DNA of 64,000 bases from an uncultured Gemmatimonadales bacterium (GTDB taxonomy: Bacteria; Gemmatimonadota; Gemmatimonadetes; Gemmatimonadales; GWC2-71-9): contig CAWJIM010000023.1 of the NCBI GenBank assembly GCA_963842945.1, positions 416,001 to 480,000 of the forward strand. The letters run 5' to 3'. Made by a program: the position numbers and the translations under genes. This document shows positions 1 to 10,353 of the stretch, in pieces. Under the pieces are notes generated by a model, which searched no databases, was not told the DNA's origin, and saw only the letters and a program-made list of their open reading frames with translations. Position 1 is the first letter of the stretch. Every line of letters starts with the position of its first letter.

Positions 1-648
1 TGGACTGAGGCCCTGTCGTTTGCTGGGCTCAATGCTGCTGGATTGATCCTGCTCCAACTCGACCGGCTGGTTATTCCGCATGTCCTCCCCATTCACGACC
101 TCGCCACGTTTGGCGTGCTGGCGGCGATCGCCGGATCCTTATTTCGGGTCCTCTCGATGGGCGTGGGATATACCCTCGTCCCCCGCCTTCGAGCCGCTGG
201 CAGCGTGCTCGAACGGCGCCGGCTGGTCGCTCATGAGGCCACGTTGGTGAGTGCGATCGTGCTGGGCGGCTCGCTGGCTATCTGGGTCCTGAGTCCGTTG
301 ATCGAGCGGTCCTTTCTGGAGGGCAAGTACCACCTCAGCGGGTCGCTCTTGCTCGCGGCCATTGTCAGCGGCGTAGCGAAGATCATGAATTCCTTCACCA
401 AGTCGATTGTCACCGCACTGTCGACCCCGGCGGAATTATCCAGCGTCAATCTGCTGGGCTGGGTCTCGGTGACACTGGCTGTAGTTGCGTCTATCCTCGG
501 TGCCCGTTGGGGACTGGCGGGAGTGATGTACGGTGTAGCGTTCGGTTGGTTTACCCGGGCGCTCACCGCATTCTATCTCACGCTTCGCTATCTCAAACTG
601 CCGAGGGCGGTTCCGGTGACAGCCCCCGGACTGTCCCCACCCAGTTAG
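1..648 (+). CDS. Polysaccharide flippase / MOP-family membrane protein, 5'-truncated by window edge
   Basis: Multi-TM hydrophobic ORF with 'QLDRLVI' and C-terminal 'RWGLAGVMYG' Wzx-like segments; frame is open from position 1; sits in a glycosyltransferase cluster. Confidence 0.7.
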   Translation, partial: WTEALSFAGLNAAGLILLQLDRLVIPHVLPIHDLATFGVLAAIAGSLFRVLSMGVGYTLVPRLRAAGSVLERRRLVAHEATLVSAIVLGGSLAIWVLSPLIERSFLEGKYHLSGSLLLAAIVSGVAKIMNSFTKSIVTALSTPAELSSVNLLGWVSVTLAVVASILGARWGLAGVMYGVAFGWFTRALTAFYLTLRYLKLPRAVPVTAPGLSPPS

Positions 649-662
649 TCAGATTGTTGCAC

Positions 663-1514
663 ATGAGTGTCTCCGAACCCCTCAGATCACCACAGACAGC
701 GGAGTCTCCGGCAAAGGATTGGGCGCTAGCGCTGTTCAGTCGGTCCGTGCTGAAGCAGGCCAAATGGGATAGAATCCTCGAGTTCTTGCAGGACCCCGCG
801 GGAAAGACCAACCTGGACGTCGGCGCGGACAACGGGGTAATCAGCTTCTTGTTGCGGCAGCGAGGCGGCCGCTGGTACAGTGCGGATCTCGATGCTGCCG
901 CGGTTGCCTCCATTCGACAGCTCGTCGCCAGCAACGTTCATCAACTCGATGGCGGCACCACTCCGTTCGCCGGCGACACTTTCGATCAGATCGTGATCGT
1001 CGACTTTCTCGAACACATCCCCCATGATCGCGAATTCGTCCGTGAACTGGCCCGAATCCTGAAACCGGGCGGGCGACTCATACTCAATGTGCCGCACCTC
1101 AAGCCCCACTCGCTACTGAATCGCTTTCGCCATTCGATCGGGCTCACCGATGAGTGGCATGGTCACCTTCGGCCGGGTTACAGCCTCCCGGGTTTGAGCC
1201 AGCTGCTGCAGCCATACTTCGAAGTTGAGCGGGCCAGGACATACTCCCGGACTTTCTCCGAGCTGGTGGATACCATTCTCAATGGGGTCTACCAGGGCCT
1301 GAAGCGGAGGAAGAGCCATGGTACCGCGTCTACCAAGGGGAACATCGTGGGCCAGACCGAGCTAAACCAGCATCGCAAGCAGTTCCTGTTGCTGCAGATG
1401 CTGTATCCGCTGTTCTGGCTTACGGCGCGGATGGACGCTCTGTTGCCGCTTCAGTCTGGCTATAAGCTCATCGTGCAGGCGCGTCGCCCGGTGGAGGGGC
1501 GCGAATCGGGATGA
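663..1514 (+). CDS. Class I SAM-dependent methyltransferase
   Basis: LDVGADNG motif I, 'FLEHI', 'RILKPGGRLIL'; ATG at 663 just after the upstream stop. Confidence 0.85.
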   Translation: MSVSEPLRSPQTAESPAKDWALALFSRSVLKQAKWDRILEFLQDPAGKTNLDVGADNGVISFLLRQRGGRWYSADLDAAAVASIRQLVASNVHQLDGGTTPFAGDTFDQIVIVDFLEHIPHDREFVRELARILKPGGRLILNVPHLKPHSLLNRFRHSIGLTDEWHGHLRPGYSLPGLSQLLQPYFEVERARTYSRTFSELVDTILNGVYQGLKRRKSHGTASTKGNIVGQTELNQHRKQFLLLQMLYPLFWLTARMDALLPLQSGYKLIVQARRPVEGRESG

Positions 1515-2784
1515 GGATTGTCTACATCACCCAGCGCCTTCCGTTCGGCAGCGGCGAGACCTTTGTCATACCTGAGGTGGAGGCACTGCTCCAAGCCGGA
1601 CATGAGGTTCTCATCCTGCCGCGGATCCCTGGGAAACGGATCATTCACGGGGATGTGCGTGCCCTTCTGCCCCGCACCCGTCGGCTTCCCGGTGCTGCTG
1701 CCTTGGGAGCCTGTGTAGCCGCTCACGTCGCGCGCGAGCCTAGCAAGGCGCTGCAAGCCCTCTGGCGGTTGCGCCACACCCGCCCACGCTGGCGGGCGAT
1801 CCTCAACGCAAGGGCAACAGCTCAAGGGATCTGGGCCGGAAAAATCGCGAGGGCCTGGGGCGCCGACCACATCCATGCCCACTGGTCGGACCTGACGTCT
1901 ACGCTCGCGATGAGCGCCAGCGCCGTCAGTGGGATTCCGTGGAGCTTCACGGCTCATCGCTATGACATCCTTCGGAACAATCTGCTCGCCCAGAAACTGC
2001 GCTCGGCTCGGTTCGGACGGTTTATCAGCAAGGAGACTCTCGCGATGGTGCTCCCTGGTCCCGGCCGATGCGATGGCGCGGGCGATTCTGCTGCACATGG
2101 GGTGGTGCTTCCCCGCGTTCCGGAACGGCCTCTGCCGCCTCACGCAACGCCGATCGTGCTCTGTGTCGTCCGGCTTGTTCCGGTTAAGGGACACACCTAT
2201 CTGCTTGATGCCGCTGCTCGGCTGAAGCGGCAGGGGATAGTCTTCAACTGCTGGCTGGCAGGTGACGGGCCGGAACGGGGGCTCCTAACGCAGCGGATCG
2301 GTGAGCTTGGTCTGGCTGCCTCGGTGCGCCTGCTGGGAAACGTACCTCACGACGAATGCTCCGGCTGTACCGAGAGCAGAAGGTGGACTGCGTGGTGCTT
2401 CCCAGCCTCGACCTCGGAGCCGGCGAGCACGAAGGGATCAGTGTGGCTCTCATGGAAGCGATGGCACACGGCGTTCCAACCATCGCGACCAGCACGGGTG
2501 GCCTGGCTGAGCTCCTCGGCGGAGGAGCAGGGCTGCTGGTCCCCCCGCTGACGGAGAAGCCTTGGCCGGAGCCCTAGAGCGCGTCGTTCGACTCGGTTTC
2601 GTTACGTTCCGACTTGGCCCGGCTCGGCCGGCAACGCGTTGCTGAACAGTTTGAGATCGGGGCAATGACCCGGGAGCTGGTGCAGTGGTTCGAAGGAATG
2701 TGGCCGTTCGATCGCCGGCATCAACGTGGGGCCCAATTTCCCGACCGGCGCGTTCGGCCGGAGCGAAGGCTAGCACGACACTGA
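1511..2784 (+). CDS. GT4 glycosyltransferase (WcaL-like), split by several frameshifts
   Basis: HIHAHW, FTAHRYDI, RLVPVKGH; continues in another frame at ~2356 (EGISVALMEAMAHGVP) and again at ~2600 (RQRVAEQF); end approximate. Confidence 0.8.
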
Positions 2785-2857
2785 AAGCCATGGATCTACC
2801 AAGTCATGAGCGAGCTCGCCGGGCGCGATCCTGCTGGCTAGCTGATCTGGGATAAAC

Positions 2858-3853
2858 GTGGATTCCCGACCGGGAGTGCTGATAACCGGCGCCACCGGCT
2901 TCACCGGAATGTCTCTGGCCTTGGCCCTGGCCGCCGGCGGATACCCCGTCCGGGCTCTGGTTCGGGATCGGACCCGAGCGGAGCCTCTCGAGAAGGCTGG
3001 CGTTACTCTCTTGGAAGGAGATCTGCTGGAACCCGATTCGGTTCGTGCTGCGGTCACTGGAGTCGACACCGTTTATCACCTAGCCGCGGTCTTCCGGACC
3101 GCCGGACACAAGGGTTCCGAATACACCGCCGTGCATGTGGATGGTACTCGGCTCCTGGTTGCAGCCAGTGCTGCCGCCGGCGTGCGTCGGTTCGTGCATT
3201 GCAGTACGGTAGGTGTTCATGGCAGTGTGGACCGCGATGCACCCGCCACCGAAGAGGCCCCGTTCCGACCGGGCGATGTTTATCAGCAGACGAAGCTTGA
3301 AGGGGAGCAGACGGCGGTGGAGGTCGCCCACCGGTTGGGCCTGTCACTTACGGTGGTTCGACCGGGCCCGATCTACGGACCCGGCGACCGGCGATTTCTC
3401 AAGATGATCGGCGGAATTGCTCGGCACCGGTTCGTCCTGCTGGGAGATGGAACTCCCCGGTTCCAAATGGTGTACATTGACGATCTGATCGAGGGGTTGC
3501 GCCTGGCCGCGGAGGTACCGTCCGCCGCCGGCCGCACGTACATCATCACCGGCGACGAGGCTCCTACGCTGCAGGAGCTGGTGGATCGGATCGCTGCGAT
3601 TGCCGGCGTCCGCCCACCGCCGTTTCGACTCCCAGTTTGGCCTTTTTCCCTGGCGGGTGCGCTGTGCGAGGCCGTCTGCGTGCCGCTTCGCATCGAGCCT
3701 CCGATCTACCGGCGGCGCGTGAAGTTCTTCACCAGCAATCGGTGGTTTGATACGTCGCGGGCCAAGCGGGAGCTCGGGTTCGTTTGCCGTGTTCCCCTTG
3801 AAGCGGGGATCAAGCGCACCCTGGACGCCTACCGCCAGCTGCACTGGATCTGA
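2858..3853 (+). CDS. NAD-dependent epimerase/dehydratase (extended SDR)
   Basis: ITGATGFTG Rossmann motif, YQQTK (YxxxK), RPGPIYGPGD. Confidence 0.9.
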   Translation: MDSRPGVLITGATGFTGMSLALALAAGGYPVRALVRDRTRAEPLEKAGVTLLEGDLLEPDSVRAAVTGVDTVYHLAAVFRTAGHKGSEYTAVHVDGTRLLVAASAAAGVRRFVHCSTVGVHGSVDRDAPATEEAPFRPGDVYQQTKLEGEQTAVEVAHRLGLSLTVVRPGPIYGPGDRRFLKMIGGIARHRFVLLGDGTPRFQMVYIDDLIEGLRLAAEVPSAAGRTYIITGDEAPTLQELVDRIAAIAGVRPPPFRLPVWPFSLAGALCEAVCVPLRIEPPIYRRRVKFFTSNRWFDTSRAKRELGFVCRVPLEAGIKRTLDAYRQLHWI

Positions 3854-3916
3854 TTAGCCCGCAGCGTATACCGAGGAACCCCTCTGCCCCTCTTAAACGG
3901 GGGTATGCGTACGGTC

Positions 3917-5158
3917 CTAAGAGATGGACCTGCTGGCCAGCTCCAGCTCTGAAAGCAGCTGTCGCGCACTCTCGGACCACGAGAACTGTTGAGCCCGCCT
4001 GAGCCCCCGATCACGAAGATCGGCGGAGAGCCCTGGTTCGCGCAGGAGCCGAGTCATTGCGCGCGTCATCCCCGCTACATCGTCGGGATCCACCGCCAGC
4101 GCTGCGTCGCCGACTACCTCCGGGCAGGCAGGAGCATTCGAGGTTATTACCGGACAGCCGCAGGCCATGGCTTCAACCAGGGGGATGCCGAAGCTTTCGT
4201 AGTACGACGGAAAGAGTAGCGCTCCGGCCAGGCTATACACCGCAGGCATGTCGGCGTGATCGATGAGACCGGGAATTCTGACCGCTGCCGGATCGACATA
4301 GGTCCGGAGCACATCCGGAGTCAGCCGGTTGGACACTCCCGCGCCGAGAATTACCATGGAGGGGCAGTCAGGAACCGACTCCCGAACACTGGCGTACGCT
4401 CGCAGTGCTCCCTCCACGTTCTTCCGGGGACAGAGCGCCTGCCCAGCGTACTCGATCCGGGCATACCCCTTCACCACCATCAGAAAGAACGGCTCATCGG
4501 GAAGCTGGTACTTCCCGCGCACCCGCTCCAGCACTTCGGAATCGGTAATGCGCACGAAGCGCTCGTCTGCCGCAGCGTACACGGTGCTCATCTTCTGGCG
4601 AGGCACCTTGGCGACGGTCTCCAGCTCCTCCGCCAGGCTGTTGGAGTTGGTCAGGACCCGTGATGCCCGGCGACAGAACAGCGGGATGGTCGCCATGTTG
4701 TACCAGCGGTTGAGTCGATCGCCCGGCTGAGTGTAGTACTCGGGAAAGCTCCAGTATTCCGTTCCACGCTGCTGGACCACGGTGGGGCACGGGGCTACTA
4801 GTGGAATACTGAACTTGTGGTGGAATAGGACGTCCAGATTCTCTCGGCGGGCAGCCCAGGGTACATAGACCTGGTCCCAGAGGAGCTTTCCTGGCGCCGT
4901 GACGACCCGCTCCTCCACGTTGGGAAAGCGGGCATAGCGTCCCCGCTGGCGCTGGCTCATATAGAAGAGCACGTAGCGATTGTGCCGATCGATCTCAAAA
5001 AGCGCGTCGCAGAGCTGCCGGATGTACACTCCGGCGCCGTCGTACTCGTCGATGCCTCGAAGCATAAGCCCGATCCGCAGTGGACGATGGCCGTCTGGAG
5101 CGGAGCTCACCTGCCGCTTTCGGGCGGGGGTGAGAGGGGCTTCAACTCGAGCCGACAT
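3917..5158 (-). CDS. GT4 glycosyltransferase
   Basis: PRKNV, FPSYYESFGIPLVEAMACGCPVI signature; ATG at 5158 (a TTG at 5191 is possible). Confidence 0.9.
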   Translation of the reverse strand: MSARVEAPLTPARKRQVSSAPDGHRPLRIGLMLRGIDEYDGAGVYIRQLCDALFEIDRHNRYVLFYMSQRQRGRYARFPNVEERVVTAPGKLLWDQVYVPWAARRENLDVLFHHKFSIPLVAPCPTVVQQRGTEYWSFPEYYTQPGDRLNRWYNMATIPLFCRRASRVLTNSNSLAEELETVAKVPRQKMSTVYAAADERFVRITDSEVLERVRGKYQLPDEPFFLMVVKGYARIEYAGQALCPRKNVEGALRAYASVRESVPDCPSMVILGAGVSNRLTPDVLRTYVDPAAVRIPGLIDHADMPAVYSLAGALLFPSYYESFGIPLVEAMACGCPVITSNAPACPEVVGDAALAVDPDDVAGMTRAMTRLLREPGLSADLRDRGLRRAQQFSWSESARQLLSELELASRSIS

Positions 5159-5250
5159 AGCCGAACGCTTTCCAAGTAAGGTTAAATCCACTCATTGCTG
5201 TTTCCGCTCCCACCCACTCCAAAAGCTAATCTATCAGGCGAGTCATTCGC

Positions 5251-6728
5251 GTGATCTGGGCCGCTGTGCTGTTCATTCTTGCAGGCTGCCTGGGCTGTAG
5301 CCCCAAATAGCCCGAAGAACGGTTTCCCGAGGCGGCTGAGGCACTGCTGCAAGGCTTTCACGGTCAAGCTGCCCCAACATCTGGAGCCTACGACAGCCTA
5401 TTTCGGTACTTCCTGCTCGGCTGGGAAACATACCGGAGCCTGAGGGGGCCGGTGCCCTCTATCCGGGACTCCCGAGCAAGCACGGAGCTGGAGCCGATCG
5501 CCTGGAAGCGTTCTCGCGGTTGACCCCTATGGTGGCTGCCTGGATCTCCTCCGGCAGGCCCAGATCAATCGAGCTTTATCTCGGGCAAGAGCTGGATCTC
5601 GCCGTCTGGATCAGAAGGGGCGTGGTCGCTGGAACCGATCCCCGCTCTCCGGCTTACTGGGGAACGATACAGCACCGTGATCAACGCATCGTGGAGGCAT
5701 CCGACATCGCTTTGGTGCTCTGGCTCACACGGCACAGCGTGTGGCAGAGGTTGACGGTTTCACAACGTTCTCAGATTGGCCGATGGTTGCTTCAGGTGAA
5801 CGGAAAGCAAGTCAGCGACAACAACTGGCATCTGTTCATCGCCTTTACCAACGTGGTCCTTCGGGCACTGGATCAGCCGGCCGACTTGGAGAATGCCCGG
5901 CAGCACTATCTGCGACTCAAGAGCTTCTACCAGGGCGACGGGTGGTTCAGTGATGGGCCGCGCCGGACTTTCGACTACTACAACGCTTGGGGGATCCATT
6001 ACCAGCTTTATTGGCTGGACCAGGTGGATCCAGAATGGGACCGTGAATTTATCCGTGACGCGTTGGGGCTGTTTGTGGGAAACTACCGCTATTTCTTCGG
6101 CTCACGCGGCTTTCCTATTAGAGGCCGGAGTATATGCTATCGGATGGCAGTTCCTGCTCCGCTGGTGATCGGACAGTCGGTGCACCCGAACATCGTGCTT
6201 CCCGACGAGGCCCGTCGTGCACTGGACGAGATTTGGCGGTACTTCATCAATCGGGCCGCGGTCACCCACGGCACCGTAACGCAGGGTTACTGCGGTCCAG
6301 ATGCCCGACTCCTCGACAATTATTCCGGACCGGCGAGTTGTCTCTGGTCGCTGCGGTCGCTGGTGGTGGCATTCTCCTTTGGACCTGATGACCAGCTCTG
6401 GACTACCAGGCCGGGACGGTTTCCCGTCGATACCGCAGACGTCGACCTTACAATCCCCGCCATCGGCTGGAGAATCGTGGGCCGGAGAGGCTCAGGGTTT
6501 GTGACGCTCATCAATGCCGACACAGTGGCGTCATGGGCCAGCGGCACCCTCGAGGCTCCCGGATGGTTCCGGCTGGCGCTGGAGCGAATCTTTCAGCGAC
6601 CGTTTCGACCCAGTAACACCGAGGCCAAGTACCATCGAGCAGTCTACCGCGGAGACCAGCCATTCTGCGAATGCCGCCAGCCCGCTTCCTCGGGTAGATC
6701 CGGTTCTCCTCCTGAGCTAGCTCACTGA
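5251..6728 (+). pseudogene. DUF2264-family putative lipoprotein, with in-frame TAG (5308-5310) and a frameshift at ~5440
   Basis: YPGLPSKHG..DRLEAFSR, DQRIVE, NNWHLF, GDGWFSDG, DYYNAWGIH, GRSICYR, YSGPASCLW motifs; upstream frame gives a signal peptide VIWAAVLFILAGC. Confidence 0.7.
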
Positions 6729-6800
6729 TGGTGGTCCTGGAGCGGCGGGTTGTTTCCCAGCCTACCGTCTGATCACACCGCCACTAGGTCGGAAATCGCA

Positions 6801-8588
6801 ATGGCAGCTGTTTTCGGGATTCTGGGGGATGCCAGTCCCGCTGAGCTCGAGCAAATGAGCGAACGTCTGGCTCATCGCGGTTCTCACGCCGTCCGGTGGT
6901 CGCCGGCACCTTCGGTTCACCTGGGGATGCGGGGCACCGTACCGGCAGTCAGGCAGGCGGAAGGTGGTGATCTGGTCTTCGACGGCGCCATCGACAACCG
7001 GCTCGAGCTGGCGACTCTACTCCGTCGACCCGAACCGAAGGGCGCTTCTTCCGATGATGACCTCGGCCTGATGCGCGATCTGCTGAGGTCCCTCGGCAAG
7101 GAAGGCCTCCAGCACGTGGCGGGGCAGTTTGCTCTGGTGATGTGGGACCGAGCCGGAGGACAGCTTCTGCTGGCGCGGGATCGAATTGGATATGCGCCGC
7201 TGTATTTCACACAGGACCGGGACCGCCTCATCTTTGCCAGCGAATACAAGGCGCTGCTGGCGATCCCATCCGTTCCGGCACGCCCCAATCGCAACGCGAT
7301 CCAGATCATTCAGTCAACCAAGTGGATGCAGCCCGGCGCCACGTGTCTCGAGGGCATTTTTCCAGTAGCCCCGGGGACGTGGATGGCCGTGGAACACAAT
7401 CGCTTGTCTACCGCCCGGTTCTGGGAATTACCGATCCAGGTTCGGCACCACGACGAGCCGGCCCATATCGCAGCGCTTCGAGCGTCCTTCCTCGAGACAC
7501 TGCGGCGGCAAACCGAGCCCTACCAGCGAATCGGGGTCTCCCTGAGCGGCGGCCTCGATTCAGCCATCATGGCCGGGGGCGTACGACATGTGGCTCCCGG
7601 CAAAGAGATTCACACCTTCAGTGCCGGATACGGACCGGATGACAGGGAGCTGATTAACTCCGCGCGAGTGGCCGGCGAGCTGGGCACTCACCACCACCCG
7701 CTGGTGCTCAGTCCTGACGACCTGCCGAACCTCCTGCCCTGGATGGTGTGGTACATGGAGGAGCCGATCGGCAGGGAGGATATTGCCTATCTCTTTGTCG
7801 CGGCACGGGAGGCGGCCCGTCATGTCGAGCTGATCCTCACCGGATTTGGCTTTGACGGGTTGTTTGCGGGGTTGCCTCGACACCGAGTGGCCGATCTCGC
7901 CTTGCACGTGCCGCCCATAGCGGGGCCCTTACGCGAGTTTTACGACTACACCGTACGAAGTGTGGAACCGAGAGGGGTCGGCGGACGCACCTTGAAGAAG
8001 CTGTACTACAGGGGGAGCGAGTATCCGGCGCCTCAAGTGTGCGGGGCTGCGCCGCTCCAACCGTTGCCCGGATTTAGAGTCGGTGGGGAAGAGCCGCTGA
8101 GCCAGTTCCTGCGGAAGGGGTTTCTGGTTCTGCCCTACCAGTCAACGGTCGAGCGATTGTACACGGCCTCCGGCGTGCGGTTCAATGCCCATCACACCGA
8201 TCCCGCCTTTCTCGCATCTGCTTTTTCCATCCCCGACCGGCTCAAGATCAAAGGCCGCACCCAGAAGTATGTGCTGCGCAGAGCGTCCGCCGGACTCGTG
8301 TCGCCCTCAATCCTAAGCGTTGGAAAGAGCTTCAACCGCCTGAAGCACGATCTTCATCTGAGCAACGTGCTGGATGGGCTGGCCGACCAGCTGCTCGCGC
8401 GCGAATCCGTTCTGGAACGAGGACTATTCGATCCCGATTATATCGCGGTTCTGCGGCGCAGGCCTGGGAGCAAGCCGTACTCTCAGGAGCGGGTGTACCG
8501 CCTCTGGTCACTGCTTCTCGCCGAGATGTGGAGCAGGATGTATCTCGACGCGCGAGGCTCCCAACCCTCCCGCGTCTTCACCAGCTAA
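6801..8588 (+). CDS. Asparagine synthetase (AsnB)-like ATP-dependent amide ligase lacking the N-terminal Cys
   Basis: HRG, LARDRIGYAPLYF, FASEYKAL, SLSGGLDS PP-loop, KYVLRRA; N-terminus is MAAVFGI instead of MCGI. Confidence 0.85.
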   Translation: MAAVFGILGDASPAELEQMSERLAHRGSHAVRWSPAPSVHLGMRGTVPAVRQAEGGDLVFDGAIDNRLELATLLRRPEPKGASSDDDLGLMRDLLRSLGKEGLQHVAGQFALVMWDRAGGQLLLARDRIGYAPLYFTQDRDRLIFASEYKALLAIPSVPARPNRNAIQIIQSTKWMQPGATCLEGIFPVAPGTWMAVEHNRLSTARFWELPIQVRHHDEPAHIAALRASFLETLRRQTEPYQRIGVSLSGGLDSAIMAGGVRHVAPGKEIHTFSAGYGPDDRELINSARVAGELGTHHHPLVLSPDDLPNLLPWMVWYMEEPIGREDIAYLFVAAREAARHVELILTGFGFDGLFAGLPRHRVADLALHVPPIAGPLREFYDYTVRSVEPRGVGGRTLKKLYYRGSEYPAPQVCGAAPLQPLPGFRVGGEEPLSQFLRKGFLVLPYQSTVERLYTASGVRFNAHHTDPAFLASAFSIPDRLKIKGRTQKYVLRRASAGLVSPSILSVGKSFNRLKHDLHLSNVLDGLADQLLARESVLERGLFDPDYIAVLRRRPGSKPYSQERVYRLWSLLLAEMWSRMYLDARGSQPSRVFTS

Positions 8589-8675
8589 ACTCTTTACATT
8601 GCCTTGCCTGTCGTCACACGTGGCAACTTTCAGCGGTGACCGCGCAACCGGCGGCCCGGAACGCGATCGGAGCAC

Positions 8676-10178
8676 GTGAGCCACATTCTGAGCAAGAAAG
8701 CACTCATCAGCTCGACCGTCAGCGGAGTCGGTGCCCAATACACCGGCGCCATGATCACCGGCGTCGGCCAGGTGGTCGTGACCGCGGCATTGGCGCGCCT
8801 GCTCACGCCCGCGGATTACGGTTTGGCCGGGCTGGCCGCAGTCTATGTGGGGCTCGCCGCAATCCTCGCACAGTTTGGTATCGGCCCCGCCTTGATCCAA
8901 CGGTCGGAGCTGACGCCGAGAATCATCCGCGCCGGCTTCACCGCGACCGTGCTGATCGGCTTCCTGACCACCGCTCTGGTATGGCTGACCGCCCCGTGGG
9001 CTGCCCGGCTGCTGGGAGATCCGGCTCTGACTCCGATCATTCGCGGGCTCAGCTTCACCTTCGTGCTGGCCAATCCCGGTTTTGTGGCCGCGGGCCTGAG
9101 CGAGCGGAGTTTGGCCTGGCGCAGGCTGATGTGGGTCGAGGTTGCGGCGTTCATGGTGGGCTACGCGTTGCCCGCTCTGGTGCTTGCTGCCGCCGGATTC
9201 GGGGTGTGGGCCATCGTCGGAAGTAGCCTGGGCCAGAACCTGGTACGCTCGGCCGTTCTCCTGAAGCTCCAGCCCCACCCCAAGTGGCCTCGGATCGGCC
9301 CGGAGATCCGCGAGCTGCTTCGCTTTGGTTCTGGTTTCACGCTGGCGCGCGCGTTCAACTACGGCGCCGTCCAAGGCGATAACCTGGTGGTCGGTCGAGT
9401 TCTCGGCATCCTGGCATTAGGCTACTACAGCCGGGCCTTCAAACTCATGATGATCCTGGTAACGTACTTTGCCATAGTCGTCACCAAGGTTCTGTTCCCC
9501 GTCATGTCTCGGCTCCAGGGCCAGCCGGAGCGACTCCGATCCACCTACCTCACCGGGGCCGCGGTACTCGGAATGGTCAGCGCTCCGCTCGGGGCCCTGA
9601 TGGTGGTTACCGCGCCGGAGATTGTTGTGGTCATGCTGGGCCCGAGGTGGATCCCTGCCATTGTGCCGTTTCAGATTCTGACCGCGGGCATCATGTTCCG
9701 AAACGTGTACCTCATGGCATACTGCCTGGACGGCGCCCTGGGACGCATGCGCAACCGGACGGTGCGTGACGGCATCTACGCACTCGCGGTCATCGTGGCC
9801 AGTCTGATCGGCGCCCGATACGGATTGACCGGGGTGGCCACTGGAGTAGTTCTGGCGATCGCTATCAACTACTTCATCGGTGCGGCGATGAGTCTCAAAC
9901 TGCTCGGCGCGAGCTGGCGCGAGTACGCTCACTCGCAGGCCCCGGGCATCGGATTGGGGCTGCTCACGGCGGTTGTAGCCTATACGCTTCGGCTGGCGCT
10001 CATTGCTGCGGGAGCCGGCCCGTTTCTGCGGTTAATGCTCACTGGGGCCGTCACGCTGAGTTTGATTGGCGCGCTGTGCTGGATCTACCCAGCATTTGCC
10101 GGCCGGTACGGGAGCATGGCCCTGCGGCACCTCACCTCGGAGATCGGTTCCCGAATTCTCAAACGGGAGCCGGCATAG
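8676..10178 (+). CDS. Wzx/WzxC-type polysaccharide flippase
   Basis: LARLLTPADYGL, FGIGPALIQ, DNLVVGRVLG..ALGYYSRA, many TM segments. Confidence 0.9.
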   Translation: MSHILSKKALISSTVSGVGAQYTGAMITGVGQVVVTAALARLLTPADYGLAGLAAVYVGLAAILAQFGIGPALIQRSELTPRIIRAGFTATVLIGFLTTALVWLTAPWAARLLGDPALTPIIRGLSFTFVLANPGFVAAGLSERSLAWRRLMWVEVAAFMVGYALPALVLAAAGFGVWAIVGSSLGQNLVRSAVLLKLQPHPKWPRIGPEIRELLRFGSGFTLARAFNYGAVQGDNLVVGRVLGILALGYYSRAFKLMMILVTYFAIVVTKVLFPVMSRLQGQPERLRSTYLTGAAVLGMVSAPLGALMVVTAPEIVVVMLGPRWIPAIVPFQILTAGIMFRNVYLMAYCLDGALGRMRNRTVRDGIYALAVIVASLIGARYGLTGVATGVVLAIAINYFIGAAMSLKLLGASWREYAHSQAPGIGLGLLTAVVAYTLRLALIAAGAGPFLRLMLTGAVTLSLIGALCWIYPAFAGRYGSMALRHLTSEIGSRILKREPA

Positions 10179-10353
10179 CTCAGCCATTGACTCGCTACCC
10201 GGTGCCCCGAAGGCCCGATAGACGCGTCGCTTTAGGTTCGCGCCAAATCCCTGATGGAGTGCAGCAGGTTGGCAACGCTGTGGCCGTTAGACTCCAGAGG
10301 CAGTTGGGACGAATGGCCGACGGCAGGCCGCGGTGTGTGACCGGCAAAGGAGA

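Noticed and set aside
3862..3910. Terminator between the convergent epimerase and GT4 genes
   Set aside because: Only a loose GCGTATACC/GGTATGCGT pairing with a long loop and no U-tract; too weak to call
6801..8588. Lasso peptide cluster (Cys-less AsnB homolog as cyclase)
   Set aside because: No transglutaminase-like B protein, PqqD/RRE or precursor peptide seen nearby; context is polysaccharide biosynthesis
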